A stretch of DNA of 60,911 nt, filler included. It is 9 parts of 9 records of this genome, joined end to end, with 100 filler letters (N's around TTAATTAATTAA, not from the genome) between each part and the next. Parts side by side here need not be neighbours in the genome. Positions count along the whole stretch, not along the records: positions 14,671 to 22,232 come from SRR31156797_59143; positions 22,333 to 27,594 come from SRR31156797_59174; positions 27,695 to 34,745 come from SRR31156797_59195; 6 more parts are not named here. One strand, 5' to 3'. This document shows positions 18,209 through 28,626 of the stretch, in pieces. The translations under genes were made by a program, and so were the position numbers. The notes beneath the pieces were generated by a model. The model saw nothing but the letters and a program-made list of their open reading frames with translations. It was not told the origin of the DNA and ran no database searches. Position 1 is the stretch's first letter; each line of letters starts with the position of its first letter.

Positions 18209-21024
18209 TTCTTCTCCTTGTGAATTTTCTTGTAAATTTCTTCAAATGTGAGGGGCAGCTTATGAAATTCCCGGTTCGAGGCCTCGGCTACGGCATTGGC
18301 CAGTGCCGCGGGCGTGGCGATTAAAGGATTTTCAGCCACGCCCTTTGCGCCGAACGGACCTGTGGGTTCATTCGATTCCACCAGTAGCGCCTTGAGTCCC
18401 GGGATATCCATGGATGTGGCTATTTTATAGTCTTCCATGCCGATATTTCTAACCAGGCCGTCCTTGACGGCCATGTCTTCCAGGGCTCCCAACCCAAGTC
18501 CCATGATCGCGGCGCCCTCTATCTGACCCCGGCAAAGATCGGGATTAATGGCAAAGCCGCAATCTGAAGCGGAAATAATATCCAACACTTCATAAGCGCC
18601 TGTCTGGGTGTCCAGCTTGATTACAACGCCGGTAATGTTGTAAAGAAATGCGCCGGCAATGGAACCCAGGTTTGTTTCAGGCTCCCTCACCGTACCCTTA
18701 TGGTCGTAATAGCCCGATGCAAACACCGGCTCATACTTGGAATTGGTCAGGGAAAGAATAGACAGATCGTGCAGGCTGATGCATTTTTCTGGGTTGTTTT
18801 TTACAAAAATCCGGCTGGATTTAATATCCATATCTTCAGTATCCACGTCCAGATAATCTGCGGCCATGGCCTTGATTTTTTCCTTGGCCCTGGAAGCGGC
18901 AATGCGTGCGGCCATGCCTCCGATCATCAATGACCGGCTGGAATAAGCGCCCTGGCCGAATGGGACAACGTCCGTATCACCCTGGATAACCGTAACGTCG
19001 CAAAAATTAACGCCTATCTCCTCGGCTATAATTTGGGCCATGCCGGTCAGGTTGCCCGTCCCGTGATCCGTCTCTCCGGTAAAAGCCCGTATTTTGCCGT
19101 CATTGTCCAGTTTTAAAAAGCAGGATGAAGGGTCTGTATTGACAAGACCCATATGATTTTCAAAACCCGCCTTCCAACCGCTGCCGTGGGGGCCTATGGC
19201 CAGGCCCCGCCCGATTCTGTACCTGCCGTCATCCGTGTAGGCGTCTTCATATTTTTTCCACTCGGGCGACGAGTCGATCGCATGCAGGCACTCTTTCAGG
19301 CCGCAGCTTTGCAACACCCAGTCGAAAGGCAGCCTGTAACCTGTCTCCACGACATTTTTCAGGCGAATTTCAAAAGGGGTCATACCAACTCTGGCCGCCA
19401 ATAAGTCCATGTGGGATTCGACGGCAAATGTCTGCTGAGGGCCGCCGAATCCCCTCATGGACCCGCCAACGGGGGAGTTGGTGTACATTGTGAAACCTTC
19501 GTACTTGATGTTGGGAATTTTATATACCGCGCAAAAGAAATTCCCGGCCCACTGAACGACTGTATCTCCGGAATCGACGTAAGCCCCGGTATTGGCATAC
19601 AACTTCAGATGCCTGGCCGTGACTGTCCCGTCTTTATTTATCCCGGATTTGATATACATTACGGCCGGGTGCCTGATGGTTGAAGCCATGGCCTCTTCGG
19701 TCCGGGTGTGCATATACCTGACGCTGCTCAGTATCCCCGCCTTTTTAGCCAGCGCCGCGGTAATAATCAACGACTGGACCTTGGCTTTGCCGCCAAAGTC
19801 TCCGCCCAATCCGTCCACAATGAGCCGGACTCTTTTCTGGTCGATACCCAAAGCGCCCGCCATCATTACCTTGGCCCCGAATTTCACGTGGGTGCTGGCC
19901 CAGCAGGTAAAGGATCCGTCGGATTCGTACCGGACCACGTTAGCCTCGGTTTCCAGTGGGGCATGCTCCTGGGGGCCGATCTCGTACCTTGTCTCCAAAA
20001 CAAAATCCGATTCGGCCAAGGCTTTTTCCACATCGCCATGGTCTTCAACCCTTACCGATGCAATATTGCCCTGCTCGTGAACCAGCGGCGCATCTTCAAG
20101 AGAAGCCTCTTCAGGGTTGAAAACCGCCGGTAAATCTTCAAACTCAATCTCGATCAGGTCTACAGCCTTCTCGGCAATTTCCTCCGTGGTTGCAGCCACG
20201 GCCGCAATTGCTTCTCCATAAAAGCGAACTTTGTCTCTGGCCAAGGGATAACGATCGGCAATGGTATACCCTGTTTTGGCGTTTTCGCCAAAATCATCCG
20301 CCGTGATCACCGCCCTTACGCCCTCAAGATTTTCCGCTTCACTAGTATCAATGGATTTAATCAGAGCGTGGGCCCTGGGGCTTCTTAAAACCTTTGCCCT
20401 GAGCATATTGGGAAGATAAACATCAGAAGGATATTTAAGCTGCCCGGTTACTTTTTGGCTGGAAGTAATACTCGGAAAAGATTTACCTAACGGCGAAAAC
20501 TCCTTTTGATCGCCTGTTTCGTCATTTCTTGCTCTTTTGGGTTTTTCATTCCCGCCGGCGGCGGTCTCTACCGCATCAATAATTTTCTTATACCCGGTGC
20601 ACCTGCATAGAACTCCAGAAAGACCTTCCTTTATTTCTTCTTCATTGGGATTCGGATTATTCTTTAGAAGACCTTTGGTGGACATGATCATACCGGGCGT
20701 ACAAAATCCGCACTGGACCGCGTGGGAGTCAATGAAGCTTTCCTGGACCGGGTCCAGCTTTTCACCACTGGAAAGCCCTTCAATGGTCTGGATGCTCTTG
20801 CCTTCCAGGGTGCGGGCCAAAAGAAGACACGCCAGCATAGGCTTGTCGTCTATGAGCACGGTGCAGGCGCCGCACTGCCCCTGGCCGCAGCCTTCCTTGG
20901 TTCCGGTGTAACCAAGTTCCTCCCTTAACACCTCCAGAAGAGTTGCGGACGGTTTTACCCGAACATTGATTTTTTGCCCGTTTATATTCAGTGTTATCGA
21001 TTTGTCCCTGTTCTCAAATTCCAT
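18205..21024 (-). CDS. Xanthine dehydrogenase-family molybdoenzyme, fused 2x[2Fe-2S] and Mo-binding subunits
   Basis: GCGQGQCGAC, QCGFCTPG, CRCTGY, then QEHAPLE, GGDFGGK, MRGFGGPQ, AYSSRS, GAKGVAE. Confidence 0.93.
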   Translation of the reverse strand: MEFENRDKSITLNINGQKINVRVKPSATLLEVLREELGYTGTKEGCGQGQCGACTVLIDDKPMLACLLLARTLEGKSIQTIEGLSSGEKLDPVQESFIDSHAVQCGFCTPGMIMSTKGLLKNNPNPNEEEIKEGLSGVLCRCTGYKKIIDAVETAAGGNEKPKRARNDETGDQKEFSPLGKSFPSITSSQKVTGQLKYPSDVYLPNMLRAKVLRSPRAHALIKSIDTSEAENLEGVRAVITADDFGENAKTGYTIADRYPLARDKVRFYGEAIAAVAATTEEIAEKAVDLIEIEFEDLPAVFNPEEASLEDAPLVHEQGNIASVRVEDHGDVEKALAESDFVLETRYEIGPQEHAPLETEANVVRYESDGSFTCWASTHVKFGAKVMMAGALGIDQKRVRLIVDGLGGDFGGKAKVQSLIITAALAKKAGILSSVRYMHTRTEEAMASTIRHPAVMYIKSGINKDGTVTARHLKLYANTGAYVDSGDTVVQWAGNFFCAVYKIPNIKYEGFTMYTNSPVGGSMRGFGGPQQTFAVESHMDLLAARVGMTPFEIRLKNVVETGYRLPFDWVLQSCGLKECLHAIDSSPEWKKYEDAYTDDGRYRIGRGLAIGPHGSGWKAGFENHMGLVNTDPSSCFLKLDNDGKIRAFTGETDHGTGNLTGMAQIIAEEIGVNFCDVTVIQGDTDVVPFGQGAYSSRSLMIGGMAARIAASRAKEKIKAMAADYLDVDTEDMDIKSSRIFVKNNPEKCISLHDLSILSLTNSKYEPVFASGYYDHKGTVREPETNLGSIAGAFLYNITGVVIKLDTQTGAYEVLDIISASDCGFAINPDLCRGQIEGAAIMGLGLGALEDMAVKDGLVRNIGMEDYKIATSMDIPGLKALLVESNEPTGPFGAKGVAENPLIATPAALANAVAEASNREFHKLPLTFEEIYKKIHKEKK

Positions 21025-21027
21025 CGT

Positions 21028-22035
21028 CTATTCCCTCCCTTCGCTTGAGCGGACGGAAAAATCAGCCAGCATGTCCAGTGTCATGGACTTGATCATTCTT
21101 TTACGTTGGAGAGGGCTTACTACGAGATTATTTACCGGCCTGGCGGCCTTGAAACACCGTTGGGCGATTTCTTCTATTAGCCCCTCGTCGCTCAGACGGG
21201 AATTCGGCATGATCAGTTCTTCCAACCCTTCCACCAATACCGGCCTGCGCTCAACTCCGCCCAGGGCAAAGGACAGCTTGACAATATTTCGGTCTGCATC
21301 CAGGCAGACCAGGCCGGCTACTGAAGCAAGCGGGAAATCAATCGCCTTCCTGAGGCGAAATTTTTTATAATCCGTGAAAACCATTCCAGGGCCGGACAGA
21401 GAATCCAAAGGTACGGCGACTTTCGTTAATAGTTCGTCAGGCTTCCTGGTCAACGGGCGCGCCCCGTCGCCGGAGTAGTATTCGTTCAGCTTGATAGTTC
21501 TTTCGCCCTCTTGGGAAGACAATGTAATGTCCGCCCCCAAGGCCAAAAACACCGGGGCCGTATCGCTTGAAAAAACTGCAAAACAGTCCGTTCCCCTGCC
21601 GATGGCGTGACATATTCCGCCCCCGGCCTTGGCGCAGACAGGCAGACATTTACGCCATTCAACTTCTTTATTGAAATAGATGCACCTGGTCTCCAGGCTC
21701 AAGTTGCCGCCCAGGGATCCCATTTCCCTTAACTGCGGACCGGCGACGGCCCGGGCGCCCTCGGCAATGACTTGCAGAGCTTGATTTGAAAAACCATGCC
21801 CGGCCAGATCGGCCAATTTCACTCCCGCTCCAAGCTCAAGCCGGTTTGGCGACTCATCTATATAGTCAAGTTCCTGAAGCTCTCCCAAAGCAACAACTGC
21901 GCCTTCAATATGTTTGTATTTATAAAGAGGGATTAAATCCGTGCCGCCGCCCATGGGTCGCATTTCAACCCCTCCTGAAGCTAGAACTGATAATGCTTCG
22001 GTTAGGTTTTTGGGTATGATCAAATCAAAATCCAT
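21028..22035 (-). CDS. FAD-binding subunit of xanthine dehydrogenase family with HcrB-type [4Fe-4S] insert
   Basis: GGGTDL, QLREMGSLGGNL, C-x15-C-x7-C-x8-C insert, RKAIDFPL; start ATG 22035 after AAGGGGGA. Confidence 0.9.
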   Translation of the reverse strand: MDFDLIIPKNLTEALSVLASGGVEMRPMGGGTDLIPLYKYKHIEGAVVALGELQELDYIDESPNRLELGAGVKLADLAGHGFSNQALQVIAEGARAVAGPQLREMGSLGGNLSLETRCIYFNKEVEWRKCLPVCAKAGGGICHAIGRGTDCFAVFSSDTAPVFLALGADITLSSQEGERTIKLNEYYSGDGARPLTRKPDELLTKVAVPLDSLSGPGMVFTDYKKFRLRKAIDFPLASVAGLVCLDADRNIVKLSFALGGVERRPVLVEGLEELIMPNSRLSDEGLIEEIAQRCFKAARPVNNLVVSPLQRKRMIKSMTLDMLADFSVRSSEGRE

Positions 22036-22126
22036 GGGAAATCCCCCTTGAATGATGGTCCAGGCCTGCACGTTGTTCATGCCCGGGTCTGATTATTCTT
22101 TCTTTGTTCACCAATTTACCTGCGCC

Positions 22127-22232
22127 CTACTTTTGGCTGCCGCCCATTTTCACCGTCAGGATCGCGGCGGCTTCAAGAACACGCTTCACCCTTTCCTGCA
22201 GCGTTGCTCCTTCATATTCATTTACAGTCCCC
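22127..22232 (-). CDS. C-terminal fragment of a probable IclR family regulator
   Basis: Manual translation GTVNEYEGATLQERVKRVLEAAAILTVKMGGSQK* resembles the IclR C-terminal helix; not in the ORF track. Confidence 0.5.
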
Positions 22233-22332
22233 NNNNNNNNNNNNNNNNNNNNNNNNNNNNNNNNNNNNNNNNNNNNTTAATTAATTAANNNNNNNNNNNN
22301 NNNNNNNNNNNNNNNNNNNNNNNNNNNNNNNN
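22233..22332. other. Artificial contig spacer
   Basis: N44-TTAATTAATTAA-N44. Confidence 0.99.
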
Positions 22333-23017
22333 GATCGTCCGTCAATTCGAGTAGCCGTTTAATGTCTGGGTTGATCCGTTTTAGAATTTGACGGATCTCC
22401 CTTTCGGCTTTCGGTTTCAACTTCGACTTTTCCGGGCTCATCAAGGACTCCCAAGCTGCCGTTGGCGACAGTTAATCGCGGTGTCGCGGCAGAGTCAAAC
22501 GAGGATGCGTTGGGAGGGGTGATTTGAAAGTTGTCATTTTTCGCGCGACGGTTGGGGCGCCACACCATTGGCCGGCGTCGGATGTGGTATCTGACCGGTT
22601 TCTGCGGTTTCCGTGACTTCGGGGCAATCCATCGGCGACTGATTGACAGGTCTGACGCAAGGACAGGTTGCGGTGCGAAAGAAGGAACACCAATTAGCCA
22701 GAATACGATGTTGGGAGCGCGCCTCATGCAATGACGTCGATGGTCCAATGCCGATTCGGGACGCAATCCCTCGGAGTTTCCGGTTTGAGACGAGGCAGGA
22801 CCGGCGGTTCCGCTGAAGGGGGCCGGAGTCGGGTCCATCAATTGATTTTTATTGCAATCGACAAAGTGGCAACGCATGTCATCTGTCAAAATCCGTCTGG
22901 CCCGGGAACCATGGATTCCCGTTGATCGAGTGTAAGATATTTAATGCGCATGTCTCTTGACGCGGATACGAAAATCCGCGTTTCCTTTGTGATAATTCGT
23001 TTGAATGGCATTCAATC

Positions 23018-24313
23018 ATGGATTCGACCACGGCCCGATTTATCGTTTTGTTGTTGGCGCCACTCGCGATCGTTTTCGCGATACTGAGCCTTCTCGGGCA
23101 TATAGGCAGTTCATCGGCTTTGGCCGGCGCCCTGCTTGCGGGGGCCGGTGTCGTTTGGGCCGCCCGGCACATCAAGGGCGAGTTGGATGGCGAGACCGAA
23201 TCCCAAGCCCAATTCGACGATTCGCTGCAAAGGGAGTTCGTTCGCCAAGCGCGGTTGGCCGAAAATTATGAGGTCATCCTGGATGCGATACCCGAACCGG
23301 TCCTGGTTTTGCGCAAGGACCGCCGCATCCTTCACGCTAACAAGGCGGTCATCGATCTTCTCGGCCACGATCCGATCGATTCCGACCTGACGACGGCGAT
23401 TCGTCATCCCAACGTTCTGGATGCGGTCGAGGAGGTTTTGTCCGGCGAACAGGAATCGGCAACAGTCGATTTTGCCCGAGGGGCAGAGGTCGAACAGCAT
23501 TTGATCGCACGGTTGGTGCGGCTTTCGGGAGGGCGGGAAGCCGGCCCCCTGGTCGTGATCGCTTTGCACGATTTGACGGCGATTCGAAAAACCATGGAAA
23601 TGCGTGCCGATTTTGTCGCCAATGTCAGCCACGAACTGCGCACACCGCTATCGACCCTTGTCGGGGTCATCGAAACCCTGCGCGGACCGGCGAAGGGTGA
23701 CGATGAAGCCCAGGAGAAATTTCTGGCGCTGATGGACGAACAGGGCGCGCGCATGACCCGCCTGGTCGAGGACCTGTTGTCGTTGTCGCAGATCCAGGCG
23801 AACGAACATACACGGCCGACCGAAATCGTCCGCATCCAGGATATCGTGCCGACGGTGGCCCGCATGCTTGAGCCCGACGCCGAGAAAAAGTCGCTTCGCA
23901 TCGTCGTCGAGCTGGCTCCGGATTTGCCCTCTGTCGTCGGCGAATCGGATCAAATTCTTCAGGTATTCCAGAACCTGATGCACAACGCCGTGAAATACGG
24001 CGCCGATGGCAGCGTTGTTCAGGTTGTCGCCCGCGTGGAAGAAGGAAATACGATCGCGGTTTCGGTTGCCGATCAGGGCGAAGGCATCCCGGCCGAGCAT
24101 ATTCCGCGATTGACGGAACGGTTCTACCGTGTCGACAAGGCACGAAGCCGGGCGTTGGGAGGCACCGGATTGGGCCTTGCGATCGTCAAGCACATCCTCA
24201 ATCGCCACCAGGGGCGCCTGCATGTCGACAGCGAAGTCGGTGTCGGCAGCACTTTCACGGTGATCCTGCCGATTCGACGGAGCGAGGGCGTCGAATCCGA
24301 ATATTCGGACTGA
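23018..24313 (+). CDS. phoR: Phosphate regulon sensor kinase PhoR
   Basis: Two TM segments, PAS, DFVANVSHELRTPL, ERFYRVDKARSRALGGTGLGLAIVKH; directly upstream of pstS. Confidence 0.93.
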   Translation: MDSTTARFIVLLLAPLAIVFAILSLLGHIGSSSALAGALLAGAGVVWAARHIKGELDGETESQAQFDDSLQREFVRQARLAENYEVILDAIPEPVLVLRKDRRILHANKAVIDLLGHDPIDSDLTTAIRHPNVLDAVEEVLSGEQESATVDFARGAEVEQHLIARLVRLSGGREAGPLVVIALHDLTAIRKTMEMRADFVANVSHELRTPLSTLVGVIETLRGPAKGDDEAQEKFLALMDEQGARMTRLVEDLLSLSQIQANEHTRPTEIVRIQDIVPTVARMLEPDAEKKSLRIVVELAPDLPSVVGESDQILQVFQNLMHNAVKYGADGSVVQVVARVEEGNTIAVSVADQGEGIPAEHIPRLTERFYRVDKARSRALGGTGLGLAIVKHILNRHQGRLHVDSEVGVGSTFTVILPIRRSEGVESEYSD

Positions 24314-24326
24314 TAAATCCCGTCTA

Positions 24327-24366
24327 CCGTCACAAAATTGCAATACATTCGTCATATAAATGTAAG
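24327..24366 (+). promoter_or_regulatory. Tandem Pho boxes (PhoB sites)
   Basis: Four 11-bp-period units CCGTCAC-AAAA-TTGCAAT-ACAT-TCGTCAT-ATAA-ATGTAAG, resembling CTGTCAT-N4. Confidence 0.85.
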
Positions 24367-24468
24367 GCGCGGTTCCTACAGTCGGCTCACCGGCGCCGAG
24401 GGGAATCGCCGGTTTCGCAAACCCATGTCTGCGCCCCTAGAGATTCTTTGTTGCAGGAGAAATTCATC

Positions 24469-25479
24469 ATGAAAAAAACGCTTATGATCGCTGCTATCGC
24501 GGCTGTCGCCGTCGCCGGTGCGGCGGAAGCGCGTGACCAGATTCGGATCGTCGGTTCGTCGACCGTTTATCCCTTTGCCACGGCTGTGGCCGAGCAGTTC
24601 GGCAAAACCACCAGTTTCAAGACCCCGGTTATTGAAAGCACGGGTTCGGGCGGTGGACTGAAGCTGTTCTGCGCCGGCGTCGGCGTTGAGCACCCGGACA
24701 TCACCAACGCTTCGCGCGCCATCAAGAAATCCGAGATCGAGACGTGCAAAAAGAACGGCGTCTCGAGCGTTACCGAAGTGAAGGTCGGCTATGACGGAAT
24801 CGTCATCGCCAATTCGAAAGCTTCGAAGCAGATGAAAGTTACCCGCGCGCAGCTGTTCCTGGCGTTGGCCAAACAGGTTCCGATGAACGGTAAGCTGGTA
24901 GACAATCCCTACAAGATGTGGAGCGATGTCGACGCTTCCCTGCCGGCCACCAAAATCGAAGTCCTCGGCCCGCCGCCGACCTCCGGCACGCGTGACGCGT
25001 TCGCCGAACTAGCCATGGAAAAAGGCTGCGGCAAGGTTGCCGGCGCTGCCGATCTCGGCCTCAAGAAAAAGGCCTGCCATGCCATCCGCGAAGACGGCGC
25101 CTATGTTGAAGCCGGCGAAAACGACGTTCTGATCGTCCGCAAGCTGGAAGCCAACTCGGATGCCTTCGGCATCTTCGGTTTCAGCTTCCTCGATCAGAAT
25201 GCCGACAAGATCCAGGGTTCCGTGGTCGAAGGTGTTGCGCCTGAGTTCGAGGCCATCGCCGACGGTTCGTACCCGGTTTCGCGTCCGCTGTTCTTCTACG
25301 TCAAGAACGCCCACGTTGGCACGATCCCCGGCATCAAGGAATACCTGGCCGAGTTCACCAGCGACAAAGCCTGGGGCCCGGAAGGCTACCTTTCCGACAA
25401 GGGTCTGGTGCCGATGCCCGACGCCGAGCGCAACAAGTACATGAGCGACGCGGCGAACACGGTTAACAACATCATGTAA
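24469..25479 (+). CDS. pstS: Phosphate ABC transporter substrate-binding protein
   Basis: Signal peptide; VGSSTVYP, STGSGGG, SGTRDAF, YPVSRPL; AGGAG RBS before ATG 24469. Confidence 0.95.
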   Translation: MKKTLMIAAIAAVAVAGAAEARDQIRIVGSSTVYPFATAVAEQFGKTTSFKTPVIESTGSGGGLKLFCAGVGVEHPDITNASRAIKKSEIETCKKNGVSSVTEVKVGYDGIVIANSKASKQMKVTRAQLFLALAKQVPMNGKLVDNPYKMWSDVDASLPATKIEVLGPPPTSGTRDAFAELAMEKGCGKVAGAADLGLKKKACHAIREDGAYVEAGENDVLIVRKLEANSDAFGIFGFSFLDQNADKIQGSVVEGVAPEFEAIADGSYPVSRPLFFYVKNAHVGTIPGIKEYLAEFTSDKAWGPEGYLSDKGLVPMPDAERNKYMSDAANTVNNIM

Positions 25480-25488
25480 TTGCGGATC

Positions 25489-25521
25489 GGAGGCGCCGTA
25501 TCGGAAATGGTCGGCGCCTCC
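25489..25521 (+). terminator. Intercistronic hairpin after pstS
   Basis: GGAGGCGCCG...CGGCGCCTCC 10-bp stem. Confidence 0.6.
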
Positions 25522-25587
25522 TTCCCACCATTGTTTAGACGCTTTTGAACGAAGTCGCTCTCTGACCATCGATTTGGTTTTACCGAT

Positions 25588-26970
25588 ATGCAGACAATAA
25601 TTCTTGTTGCGACATTGATGGTCCTGAGCATCATTGGGTACTATTTGGGACGGTCCCGGGCGCTTGTGGCCTCTTCCGGTATTTCCGGTCGGCTTCATTC
25701 GCTTCCCGCCTATTACGGCTTTTATGTCTCCGTCTGGTGCGGCATTCCGGCGATTGCCGTCATGGTTCTGTGGCTCATCCTGGAACCCAGCATCATCGAA
25801 ATGATGTTGGTTACGACGTTGCCCGACGCCGCCCAGGCATTGCCGGATAACCGGCTCAATTTGCTGTTGAATGATATTCGCAATCTGGCCAGCGGCAATA
25901 TCGTCAGCCGCGAGGTCGATCCCGAACTTCAGGCCGCGGCGGATCATTACGCATCGATGACGACCATTTCGCTGGTTGCCAAATGGCTGGTTGTTTTGTG
26001 CCTTGCAATGGTCGGGCTGATTGCCGGACGGCACTTCATCGAACCGAGTTTGCGGGCGCGCAACAAGGTCGAGCGTGTCATCAAGGTATTCCTGGTTATC
26101 AGTTCGACGGTCGCCATCCTGACGACGATCGGCATCGTGCTCTCGCTTTTATTCGAATCGATCCGTTTCTTCCGACTTGTTTCGCCGGTCGAATTCCTGT
26201 TCGGTTTGGAATGGAGCCCGCAAACCGCCTTGCGCGCCGATCAGGTCGGCAGTTCCGGCAAATTCGGTGCCGTGCCGTTGTTCGCTGGAACCATGCTGAT
26301 CTCGTTCATTGCCATGTGCGTGGCGGTGCCGGTCGGGCTGATGGCGGCAATCTATATGGCAGAATACGCGGCGCCGCGCCTGCGCGCCTCGGTCAAGCCG
26401 ATGTTGGAAATCCTGGCCGGCGTGCCGACGGTCGTGTACGGCTTTTTCGCGGCCCTCACCGTGGCGCCGTTCTTTCGAAGTTCAGGCAGTTTCATGGGCC
26501 TCAATATTTCTTCGGAAAGCGCCTTGGCGGCGGGTGCGGTCATGGGGATCATGATCATCCCGTTCGTGTCGTCGCTTTCCGATGACGTGATTACGGCCGT
26601 TCCGCAAAGCCTGCGTGAAGGCTCGATGGGCCTCGGTGCGACGAAATCGGAAACCATCCGCCGGGTCATTTTTCCGGCTGCATTACCGGGTATCGTCGGC
26701 GGCATCCTTTTGGCCGTGTCCCGCGCCATCGGCGAAACGATGATTGTGGTGATGGCGGCGGGGCTGGCGGCAAATCTGACGGCCAACCCGCTCGAAGCCG
26801 TGACCACCGTGACGGTACAGATCGTCACCCTCTTGGTCGGGGACCAGGAATTCGACAGCGCCAAAACTCTGGCCGCCTTCGCCCTTGGATTGGTGCTTTT
26901 CTGCGTCACCCTGTGCTTGAACGTGATCGCCCTTCGGGTCGTTCGGAAATATCGAGAACAATATGAGTGA
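25588..26970 (+). CDS. pstC: Phosphate ABC permease PstC (long form with N-terminal extension)
   Basis: LAGVPTVVYG, REGSMGLGATKSETI, SRAIGETM; LHSLPAYYG N-terminal extension. Confidence 0.95.
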   Translation: MQTIILVATLMVLSIIGYYLGRSRALVASSGISGRLHSLPAYYGFYVSVWCGIPAIAVMVLWLILEPSIIEMMLVTTLPDAAQALPDNRLNLLLNDIRNLASGNIVSREVDPELQAAADHYASMTTISLVAKWLVVLCLAMVGLIAGRHFIEPSLRARNKVERVIKVFLVISSTVAILTTIGIVLSLLFESIRFFRLVSPVEFLFGLEWSPQTALRADQVGSSGKFGAVPLFAGTMLISFIAMCVAVPVGLMAAIYMAEYAAPRLRASVKPMLEILAGVPTVVYGFFAALTVAPFFRSSGSFMGLNISSESALAAGAVMGIMIIPFVSSLSDDVITAVPQSLREGSMGLGATKSETIRRVIFPAALPGIVGGILLAVSRAIGETMIVVMAAGLAANLTANPLEAVTTVTVQIVTLLVGDQEFDSAKTLAAFALGLVLFCVTLCLNVIALRVVRKYREQYE

Positions 26971-27594
26971 AACGACGTCGACCCCGCAGAACAGCCTGTT
27001 TGCCCACCGCGCCAACAGCGGTATGTCGGTGAGCGAAACCGTCAATGCCGGACTGAAGAAACGATACGCTTCGGAACGGCGTTTTCGCGCCTTCGGCATT
27101 GCCGCCATCGCGTTCGCGGTTCTTTGTCTGGCGACGCTGTTTACGACGATCTTCAGTTCCGGCATTTCCGCCTTTACGCAGACCATGATCCGGCTTGACG
27201 TGACGCTGTATCCCCAGGACATCGACCCCGAGGGAACGCGAGATTCCAAGGTCCTGTCGACGGCGAACTACCAGAAGCTGATCAGGCAGGCGATGTTCGA
27301 TTTGTTCCCGGAAGTGACCAATCGCCGCGATCGTCGGACTCTGATGTCGATCGTCAGCCCCGGGGCGACCTTCCAGGTTCGCCAGGAAGTGCTGGACAAT
27401 CCGGACCTGATCGGACAGCGCATCGAAATTCTGGTTGCCGCATCGGACGACATCGACCAGTTCGCCAAAGGGCATATTCCGCGCGACGTGCCGGAGAATT
27501 CGCGGCGCGTCTCCGACAAACAGATCGACTGGTTCGAACGCCTTCAGGACCGCAACATGATCGAAACCAGTTTTAACTGGTGGTTTCTTACCGA
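26963..27594 (+). CDS. pstA: Phosphate ABC permease PstA, 3'-truncated
   Basis: LKKRYASERRFRAFGIAAI N-terminus with extended periplasmic insert; overlaps pstC stop. Confidence 0.88.
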
Positions 27595-27694
27595 NNNNNN
27601 NNNNNNNNNNNNNNNNNNNNNNNNNNNNNNNNNNNNNNTTAATTAATTAANNNNNNNNNNNNNNNNNNNNNNNNNNNNNNNNNNNNNNNNNNNN
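27595..27694. other. Artificial contig spacer
   Basis: N44-TTAATTAATTAA-N44. Confidence 0.99.
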
Positions 27695-28509
27695 GTCGGT
27701 GAAAGCTCTGTCAATAAAGGCGTTTACTTCTTTCAGCAGTACTTAGGCCACCCTCAATTCCAGGGCGAGCTTTAGTGTTTGATGAGTGTTCCCAGAAGTA
27801 TCGATTGCCTTTATTGGTAATAATTTCAATGGCACTTAATTCCATTAGTGCGCCCCTGAAATTGGTCAACAAAGATACAAATTCATCCAATTTGAAGATA
27901 TATGAAAAGGATTGGAATAACAGGCAACGTCTATTGTGCTTATTAGCTTAAAAAAGTGAGAGCATAGAACCAAACAGCAATAACGGTAAATAAAATATCC
28001 AAGGCAGGTTTTTCGACATCAGGAACAAAATAGAATTGTTTCTCCAGGGGTGTTGTTTGTGCGACCAAGGGCTTCAGGTGCGCAAAAACTTCATATTACC
28101 AAATTCCCAACAATTCCCAACCATTTAATTACATTAATGTAGTGATATATCTTTAAGCAAATTGCATAGAACAGCCACGGGCTGACCGGGCATATCAATT
28201 GTCAGGTTTAGCCCACAACAAAACAAGAAAGTAACTTAACAACTTATTGAGACGGTCTAAGGCCGATCATAAAATGGGCCCCTCATGAGAAAAACCGATT
28301 CAGAACACTATCAATTCATTGTGATTCCACCGGTATTTTTCAGGTTCTAAAAGTATGAGTACAAAGTGGCCGAAGTTATGATCAAGCCCGACTTTCTGAT
28401 AAAAGGATTCATAAAACATCTAAATTAATATAGTCAACTTGATAACTACTTAAAAACTAATTCAATATCAAAAACCACCCTGCGCTTGGGTCACCAGCTA
28501 CTATCTAAT

Positions 28510-28525
28510 TGGCACACTAACTGCA
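28510..28525 (+). promoter_or_regulatory. Putative sigma54 promoter upstream of the Amt fusion
   Basis: TGGCAC-ACTAA-CTGCA with GG-N10-GC spacing, about 100 bp before ATG. Confidence 0.6.
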
Positions 28526-28626
28526 TCGAAAAAATCGAAATAATACTAAGTCTGGTGCTTTTGTTGATATTTTGAGACGGCGCTGCACAACCAGAGCCGA
28601 AAACTGTTAAAATTAAGAGTAGGTTT

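Noticed and set aside
18205-22035. Naming the Mo enzyme genes hcrAB
   Set aside because: Only the FAD-subunit insert matches; Mo-site motifs and neighbouring genes do not support 4-hydroxybenzoyl-CoA reductase.
22359-22889. 176-aa ORF upstream of phoR
   Set aside because: No recognisable motif and several competing short frames; cannot support a call.
25009-26034. 341-aa minus-strand ORF
   Set aside because: Antisense to pstS and pstC; no recognisable domain.
27695-28500. Long AT-rich region checked for a c-di-GMP riboswitch or gene remnant
   Set aside because: No GEMM core (GCAAA..GAAA..GACGCAAAG); only short stop-interrupted frames without identifiable homology.
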